Source: a virus | IMG/VR virus record: IMGVR_UViG_3300008117_004657 | Location: 8,978-72,977 of that record | Length of the DNA: 64,000 nucleotides | Reading direction: 5' to 3' (one strand) | In this document: positions 58,618-64,000 of the stretch, one piece after another | Numbering within the stretch: position 1 is the stretch's first letter | Layout: each line of letters starts with the position of its first letter | Position numbers and translations under genes: made by a program | The notes under the pieces: generated by a model | The model's database searches: none | Told to the model about the DNA's origin: nothing | What the model saw: only the letters and a program-made list of their open reading frames with translations

Positions 58618-60531
58618 ATGGCAACTAAAAAACCACCACAGACAGGAAGATTAACAGAAATCGTTGCTTCACGCAGAAGTCAAGGCAGTAGTGTAACTGG
58701 TGCTTTAGCTGGAGGTATCAAAGAAAGGCTCAAAGAAAAGTTTGACCCTAGACAGTTAATAAATCAAAAAGGATTATTAACAGCATTATTTCCTGGGTTA
58801 AAAACTTATCAATCAAAAACTGCTGCGACAGAAATATCTAAATCTTCTATGCAAGCCATGTCTTTTGATGAGATAAAGCCCATCTTAGAAACTATTTCTT
58901 TTAATACAAAAATGACAGTTAAAAACACCATGGTTCTTCCAGCATTACATAGAGATGTAAATGTAATGCGTCAAAATATGGTAAAGTTAGTCAAATTAAA
59001 AAGTGGTGACGCAAGAACAAAAGCTGATATGTATTTTGTCAAAGCAAAAGATCGTGAGGACAAATACGAAAGAGAACTAAAAAAAGAAAGAAATAAACAA
59101 AGTAAAATTCAAAAATTAAAAGATGAGGAAAGAAAAAAAGAAGAAGATAATTCTAAAAGCTTTTTTGGAAAAATAATTTCTTCTATAGTAAAAGGACTAT
59201 CTTCGATAGTTAGTGCTTTAGCTAATTTAGGTAAAGCAATATTAGGAGTATTCAAGTTTTTAGGAAATATTGTAGGTAGTATAATATTGACCATAGTAAA
59301 AGCTTTAATGAATAGTTTACTTGGAATAAATTTATCAGATAAAATATCGGATTTATTTAAGAGGCTTGTATCTAAAAACTGGATAAAATTTCTATTTGGT
59401 ATTATTAGTAAAGGAATTTTCAGTTTTTTATTTAGTGCAACTGGTCTGAAAACTTTGGCCAGAAATATGGCACTTTATTTGATTCCAATAATTTTAGGTA
59501 GAGAAGCCCTTAAATCTTATATGGAAAGAAAATTGCAAGAGGGAGAAATCACATTAGAAGCGGAAAGAAAAGCTTTTAGAGATGAAGAAGGTGGTCAACA
59601 AATACCAGAATCATCTATTTCAGGCAAAGCACTAGATGAGTATAAAAATTTAGGTTTAGTAGATAAAAACACTATAGCTTTAGGTGGAGGTCCAGGTAGA
59701 GGATTTAAATTAGATCAAACATATGCAAAAGAATTAGTTCATATGTTAAATAAAGATATTTTGTTTGAGTATCAAGAGGGAAAAAGACAATCTTATAATT
59801 TAAAGGTGCCAGGATTAACAGGAACTCAACTAATGTTTCTGACAGAAAAAGAGGCAACAGAGTGGGGTGATAACAGAAGAAAATATTTGGCTGTCATAGA
59901 TAGGCTAATAAAATTCAAAGAAGGAAAAATAGATTTATCGGAAGATAAATTAGGAAATCTATATGACGCTTATGCACAAAGTCGAAGTAAATTATTGGAT
60001 TTAACGGAAAAGTATGTAAAAGAACAATATGAAAGTAGAGAACAAAAACCAGTTCTCAATGCAATACAAGTTGCTAGAGATCGTAAAAAGGAAGATTTTT
60101 TAAATATTATGGGTAGAAATATCATGGAAGATTTTATTGACCCCGTTTTTGAAAGTGTTTTTCCTACAAAGAAACCTAAATTCATAGAAGATATTGAACG
60201 TGACGCAGGTCAAGTTGTTACTGGATTTAAACAATTAGGAAATTTACCAGAAACCATAAGAAATAATATGTCTAAAGTTCCTGATCAAATAAAAAGTTTA
60301 GTATCAGAGGCCGAAAAAAAATATATAGATCCCCTAATAGATAAAACTTTAGATAACAGAAGAAGTAGTGTTGTTTTTAAACAACCAATTATTGTCAATC
60401 AAGAAAGTGTAGTCAAAAAAAGTAATCCTGTAAATCAATTAGGAAGTCCAGCTTCAGCTTGGAACAATGATTTTATAGATAAGTATTTTTCCGATATAAT
60501 GATGAATCCTACAAAAAATATTGGTTACTAA
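58618..60531 (+). CDS. Tape-measure/gp29-like tail protein, paralogue 1
   Basis: 637 aa, helical, with charged then hydrophobic/amphipathic segments. Follows gp26/gp51. Confidence 0.6.
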   Translation: MATKKPPQTGRLTEIVASRRSQGSSVTGALAGGIKERLKEKFDPRQLINQKGLLTALFPGLKTYQSKTAATEISKSSMQAMSFDEIKPILETISFNTKMTVKNTMVLPALHRDVNVMRQNMVKLVKLKSGDARTKADMYFVKAKDREDKYERELKKERNKQSKIQKLKDEERKKEEDNSKSFFGKIISSIVKGLSSIVSALANLGKAILGVFKFLGNIVGSIILTIVKALMNSLLGINLSDKISDLFKRLVSKNWIKFLFGIISKGIFSFLFSATGLKTLARNMALYLIPIILGREALKSYMERKLQEGEITLEAERKAFRDEEGGQQIPESSISGKALDEYKNLGLVDKNTIALGGGPGRGFKLDQTYAKELVHMLNKDILFEYQEGKRQSYNLKVPGLTGTQLMFLTEKEATEWGDNRRKYLAVIDRLIKFKEGKIDLSEDKLGNLYDAYAQSRSKLLDLTEKYVKEQYESREQKPVLNAIQVARDRKKEDFLNIMGRNIMEDFIDPVFESVFPTKKPKFIEDIERDAGQVVTGFKQLGNLPETIRNNMSKVPDQIKSLVSEAEKKYIDPLIDKTLDNRRSSVVFKQPIIVNQESVVKKSNPVNQLGSPASAWNNDFIDKYFSDIMMNPTKNIGY

Positions 60532-60532
60532 A

Positions 60533-62389
60533 ATGTCCAGATTATCAGATATAGTTTCATATCAAAGAAGGCAAGGCGGAAGTGTCACCGGATCTTTAGC
60601 CGGAGGTATTAAAGAAAGACTTAAAGAAAAGTTTGATCCTCGACAATTAATCAATCAAAGAGGATTGATGACTGCTTTATTTCCTGGATTAAAAAGATAT
60701 CAAGCAAAAACAGTTTCGACTGCAAGAATATCCGGTAAATCTATAGAAAAATCTTCTACTGATGTCTCACAAATAAAACCAATTTTTGAAAATATACAGT
60801 CTGATACAAGAATTACTGCTAAAAATTTAAGTATTTTGCCGTCGATGCATAGAGACTTCAATGTGATGCGTCAAAATATGGTAAAGCTTTTAAAATTAGA
60901 AAAAGTTGATGCTGCAACAAAGGCTGATATGTATTTTAAAGCCGCATCAAAACGCGAAGAAATGTACGAATCCCAATTATCAAAATTAAAAGCAGACAAT
61001 TCTCCAGAAAGACAAACGACTAGAGCTTCTACAGGATCTTTGACTATAGGTAATATAATGGGTAATATAATGGATGCAGCTTTTTTTGCTGGATTATTAG
61101 GAGCAGTTACACTAGCAATTAAAGGTGTATATGATGCTGTAGAAAAAATAAGAAATATAGATTTAAAAGTAGCTGTTGATGATTTTGTATCTTCTGTAAA
61201 TAAATCAATCGATGAAATATTTTCTATCAATCTTTTTCCAAGTTCTTCTGATATGGAAAGAGAATTGTCCACATTAACATTTTCAGATTTGACGGAAGAA
61301 CAAAAAGAAAACTTTTTAAATGCACAAGCGAAAGCAGAAGGATTTGAAAAGTCTGGAACAAAACCAAATATACTTAACAATCCAGGAGCAATGCTTTACA
61401 AAGAAGGTGATATGTCACTGAAAGGAACAGGTGCTAAACCTTCTGAAAAACAATTCTTAGACATTAATGGAAAAAAAGTACCTTTTGCACAATTTCCTAA
61501 TGTAGAAGCAGGAAAAAAAGCACAACGTCAAAAATGGGAATCATCAGCATATAGCAATTTACCACTGAATCAAGCAATAAGAAAATGGAGTGGAACAACA
61601 GATCAAGACACAGAAGCTTCTAGAAATTATATGGAACAATTATATAAATCATTGAATTTGGGTATTATGAAAAAACCTTCTGAAAATAGAAGTGTACAAG
61701 ATGTTACAATTGAAGGTTTCAGTATGAAAAAAGTTACTGGCAACTTCGGAACTTATGGTGAAATGTCTAAAGTGGAAAATATTGTCTTACATCATACTGG
61801 CGATAACAGATTGAGTAGTGCTCTTAACGAATTTGAAAGATTTCAAACGACTAAAGAAGGAAAAAGTAAAGGATACAAACACGGATCACAATATATCATA
61901 GATCGAGATGGCATGGTTTATAATTTAGCGCCAGACAAATCAATTATGTATCATGCTGGAACTACTTCAGGAATAACAAATGCCAACTCAATTGGTATAG
62001 AAATTGTCTCTAAAAATAGTGAGTCATTCACTGAAGCACAAACTAAATCAGCAAAAGCTCTCGTAGCGTATTTAAGAAAAAAACATGGTGATTTAAAAGT
62101 ATATGGTCACGGTGAAATAGGTGCAGTTTCAGGTAAAATGAAATCTGAAGGTAAAGCATTAGCTGAAGAAATAAGAAAAAATCCTCCGGTGTTTAGTCCT
62201 ATATCTATGGGCAATATGGGAGAAATTATCGATTCTTCTTCATTTGATGTGGCTTTCGGATCATTATCTGAAGAAGTACCTTTAGTTTTTGTTAATAATG
62301 TAAATAATCAAGAAAATATAACAATAGTCGGTGATGAAAATAAATCACAAGATTACTTACCAAGTTTATTTCAAAGTGTTATAGTATAA
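60533..62389 (+). CDS. Tape-measure/gp29-like tail protein, paralogue 2, with C-terminal N-acetylmuramoyl-L-alanine amidase
   Basis: N-terminus nearly identical to paralogue 1. IVLHHTG…YIIDRDG…YHAG…NANSIGIEIV…GHGE (Amidase_2), and a central NNPG motif. Start re-called at ATG 60533. Confidence 0.72.
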   Translation: MSRLSDIVSYQRRQGGSVTGSLAGGIKERLKEKFDPRQLINQRGLMTALFPGLKRYQAKTVSTARISGKSIEKSSTDVSQIKPIFENIQSDTRITAKNLSILPSMHRDFNVMRQNMVKLLKLEKVDAATKADMYFKAASKREEMYESQLSKLKADNSPERQTTRASTGSLTIGNIMGNIMDAAFFAGLLGAVTLAIKGVYDAVEKIRNIDLKVAVDDFVSSVNKSIDEIFSINLFPSSSDMERELSTLTFSDLTEEQKENFLNAQAKAEGFEKSGTKPNILNNPGAMLYKEGDMSLKGTGAKPSEKQFLDINGKKVPFAQFPNVEAGKKAQRQKWESSAYSNLPLNQAIRKWSGTTDQDTEASRNYMEQLYKSLNLGIMKKPSENRSVQDVTIEGFSMKKVTGNFGTYGEMSKVENIVLHHTGDNRLSSALNEFERFQTTKEGKSKGYKHGSQYIIDRDGMVYNLAPDKSIMYHAGTTSGITNANSIGIEIVSKNSESFTEAQTKSAKALVAYLRKKHGDLKVYGHGEIGAVSGKMKSEGKALAEEIRKNPPVFSPISMGNMGEIIDSSSFDVAFGSLSEEVPLVFVNNVNNQENITIVGDENKSQDYLPSLFQSVIV

Positions 62390-62413
62390 AAAACCCACCT
62401 TTCGGTGGGTTTT
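62390..62413. terminator. Bidirectional intrinsic terminator
   Basis: aaaacccacc-tttc-ggtgggtttt hairpin with A and T tracts on both sides, between convergent genes. Confidence 0.88.
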
Positions 62414-62416
62414 ATT

Positions 62417-63310
62417 TTAGTCTTGAGCAGCTAGTGATTTAAAGTAATCTAAATCATCGTCATCAATGTTTGTTGTGCTATCAAAGACGGGACCTTCGAG
62501 ATCAGGTGAATTTTTCGGTATCACATAATCTTCAGCCTTAGTTCTTGGAGCAACAGCTTCAAAACCTAGAGCTTTATCTAAACGTGCTTTCAATTGCTCA
62601 TATGATTTAAAATGTTTCTTCTCTGTAAATTCCTTGAGAGAATATTCATTCTTCCAGAGCTGTTCAAGTTTATCATCATCACCATCAAGTAAAGATGACT
62701 TATCAGCAAATTCAGATTTATCATAATTACGATAACCTTCAACATTACGAATCTTTAATTTGAAGTTGGCACCTTCCCACAAATCAAATGGATTTACAGG
62801 AGTTTCATCAGCAAATTCAGGATTCATTGCTTCAGTAATCTTGTCGAAGATTTTTTTACCAAACTTGAACAGTTTAATCTGACCTTCATTTTCAGGATTA
62901 CTAGGATCAGATACAACATAAATGTTTGAAATATAAGATAATTTACGTTTTTGTTTACGTGCGATATCTTTATTGGCTTCAACGCCAGAATTCCATAATG
63001 TAGAATTGTGTTCACATACAGGACATTTATCGTTCAATGTAGTGAGACAATTATCAATCAACCATCCACCTGGACCTTGAAATCCGTGATGAAAGATTCG
63101 AATCCAGGGGAGACCCTCATCACCATCGACAGCTGGTGCTGGAAGAAAACGAATCACTGCCATACCATTACCAGCTTTATCAACTGATGGTTGCCAGAAT
63201 CTATTATCTTCTTTTGAATTTGAATCTGAGGATTGGGTTGTTGCTTCAATCGCTTTTGTTAGTTTGTCCAACGAACTGCGATTGCGTTTGAGGTTTGCAA
63301 AACTAGACAT
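62417..63310 (-). CDS. gp32: Single-stranded DNA-binding protein gp32
   Basis: DKAGNGMAVIRFLPAP, HGFQGPGGW…CLTT…CPVC, FGKKIFDKI, FDLWEGANFKLK and an acidic tail DDDDLDYFKSLA. Confidence 0.96.
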   Translation of the reverse strand: MSSFANLKRNRSSLDKLTKAIEATTQSSDSNSKEDNRFWQPSVDKAGNGMAVIRFLPAPAVDGDEGLPWIRIFHHGFQGPGGWLIDNCLTTLNDKCPVCEHNSTLWNSGVEANKDIARKQKRKLSYISNIYVVSDPSNPENEGQIKLFKFGKKIFDKITEAMNPEFADETPVNPFDLWEGANFKLKIRNVEGYRNYDKSEFADKSSLLDGDDDKLEQLWKNEYSLKEFTEKKHFKSYEQLKARLDKALGFEAVAPRTKAEDYVIPKNSPDLEGPVFDSTTNIDDDDLDYFKSLAAQD

Positions 63311-63328
63311 AGTACTTCCTTTCGTATA

Positions 63329-63366
63329 AACGGTGTATTAACGGTGTATAAAACGACTTATCCACA
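63329..63366 (-). promoter_or_regulatory. gp32 leader with 10-bp direct repeat and a perfect DnaA-box 9-mer
   Basis: aacggtgtat at 63329-63338 and 63340-63349; TTATCCACA at 63358-63366. AAGGA Shine-Dalgarno downstream. Confidence 0.45.
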
Positions 63367-63379
63367 TAAACATAGTATA

Positions 63380-63877
63380 TCACTTATTTAGTGAACTTTC
63401 AAGCAATTTTTTTAACTTTTCCTTAGTTTTACCTATATCTTTATGAAGTATGCCGTGACCGCCAGCCTTATTAAAACTTTCAATTACGTCTGGAGTATCA
63501 TCAATCAAAATCGTTTCTGGAGTAGCATAATCTTTCTTATGTTTTCTACCAGGAACGATATTTGCTTTATAGTTAATACCATGACTGCGAAGCCACTTTA
63601 TTTTTTGCACAGTTACTTCACCATGAAATTTCTCTCCACCAGATGAAGAAAGAATTTCAACATCAACCGGATATTTTTTAATAAAACTCAATAATTCCTT
63701 ACCACCAGGATACCAATCCAATGTGGCAAAGTTTTCACCCTTAACAAATTGTTTCCAATTAGGATTAAAATTTTTCTTATCTCTTGTTTCACTCGGTGTT
63801 TCATCAAATAAATGAAAATAGCGTTTTTCAAAATCACACAAAACGCCATCCATATCAAGATATATTTTTTTAATCAT
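63380..63877 (-). CDS. HAD-superfamily 5'(3')-deoxyribonucleotidase-like protein
   Basis: IYLDMDGVLCDF, ILSS, K…WL, ILIDD and AGGHGILH. Confidence 0.85.
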   Translation of the reverse strand: MIKKIYLDMDGVLCDFEKRYFHLFDETPSETRDKKNFNPNWKQFVKGENFATLDWYPGGKELLSFIKKYPVDVEILSSSGGEKFHGEVTVQKIKWLRSHGINYKANIVPGRKHKKDYATPETILIDDTPDVIESFNKAGGHGILHKDIGKTKEKLKKLLESSLNK

Positions 63878-63879
63878 AG

Positions 63880-64000
63880 TTATTTTAGTAAATAGTTTGC
63901 TAACCTAAAAACTTCTGTTTCTTCTAAAAAGAAATCATAAGAGGAAGTATTTGTCATCTCACCTTCTTTATTATACTGTTCACCAGTAAAACGTAAATGC
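63880..64000 (-). CDS. 3' end of a hypothetical protein (partial)
   Basis: Open frame …HLRFTGEQYNKEGEMTNTSSYDFFLEETEVFRLANYLLK-stop, entering from the window edge. Confidence 0.55.
   Translation of the reverse strand, partial: HLRFTGEQYNKEGEMTNTSSYDFFLEETEVFRLANYLLK

Noticed and set aside
58406-58624. Minus-strand 72-aa ORF between gp26 and the tape-measure-like gene
   Set aside because: The plus-strand -1 frame encodes a recognisable gp51-like protein, so this ORF is its shadow.
1-64000. Stop-codon reassignment, introns, inteins, tRNA/rRNA genes, integrase or transposase
   Set aside because: Genes tile the window under the standard code with very short gaps. I saw no tRNA-sized intergenic structure, homing endonuclease or mobile-element motif.

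Overview
A 64-kb, AT-rich, densely coding segment of a large T4-like myovirus genome, probably an environmental phage with cyanophage-style structural genes. The left end (1-9073, minus strand) holds long tail-fibre/adhesin genes built from 21/28-aa heptad repeats. One of them is broken at two points that coincide with an exact 114-bp repeat. The right part (32786-63310) is a T4-type baseplate/tail module: fibre with autocleaving chaperone, DUF4815 protein, gp8, gp7-like, gp6, gp25, split gp5, hub, gp53, gp48, gp4, gp2, gp54-like, gp26/gp51, two paralogous tape-measure-like proteins and gp32. Between them lies a ~23.7-kb accessory island (9123-32782). It encodes nine radical SAM enzymes, an ErpA Fe-S carrier, a U32-family protein, a flavin-dependent halogenase, a split transketolase and sugar/sulfate-modifying enzymes. 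The best candidate for an undescribed system is a small fibre-like protein (26434-27360) inside the radical SAM cluster. It carries four C-x-C-N-C-N-Y repeats (12 Cys) directly before an S74 autocleaving chaperone, which suggests RiPP-style radical SAM modification of a virion protein tip. A second notable feature is a canonical -1 slippery site that would fuse gp26 to gp51 just upstream of the tape-measure-like genes, in the lambda G/GT layout. All calls come from reading motifs by eye; no database searches were run.
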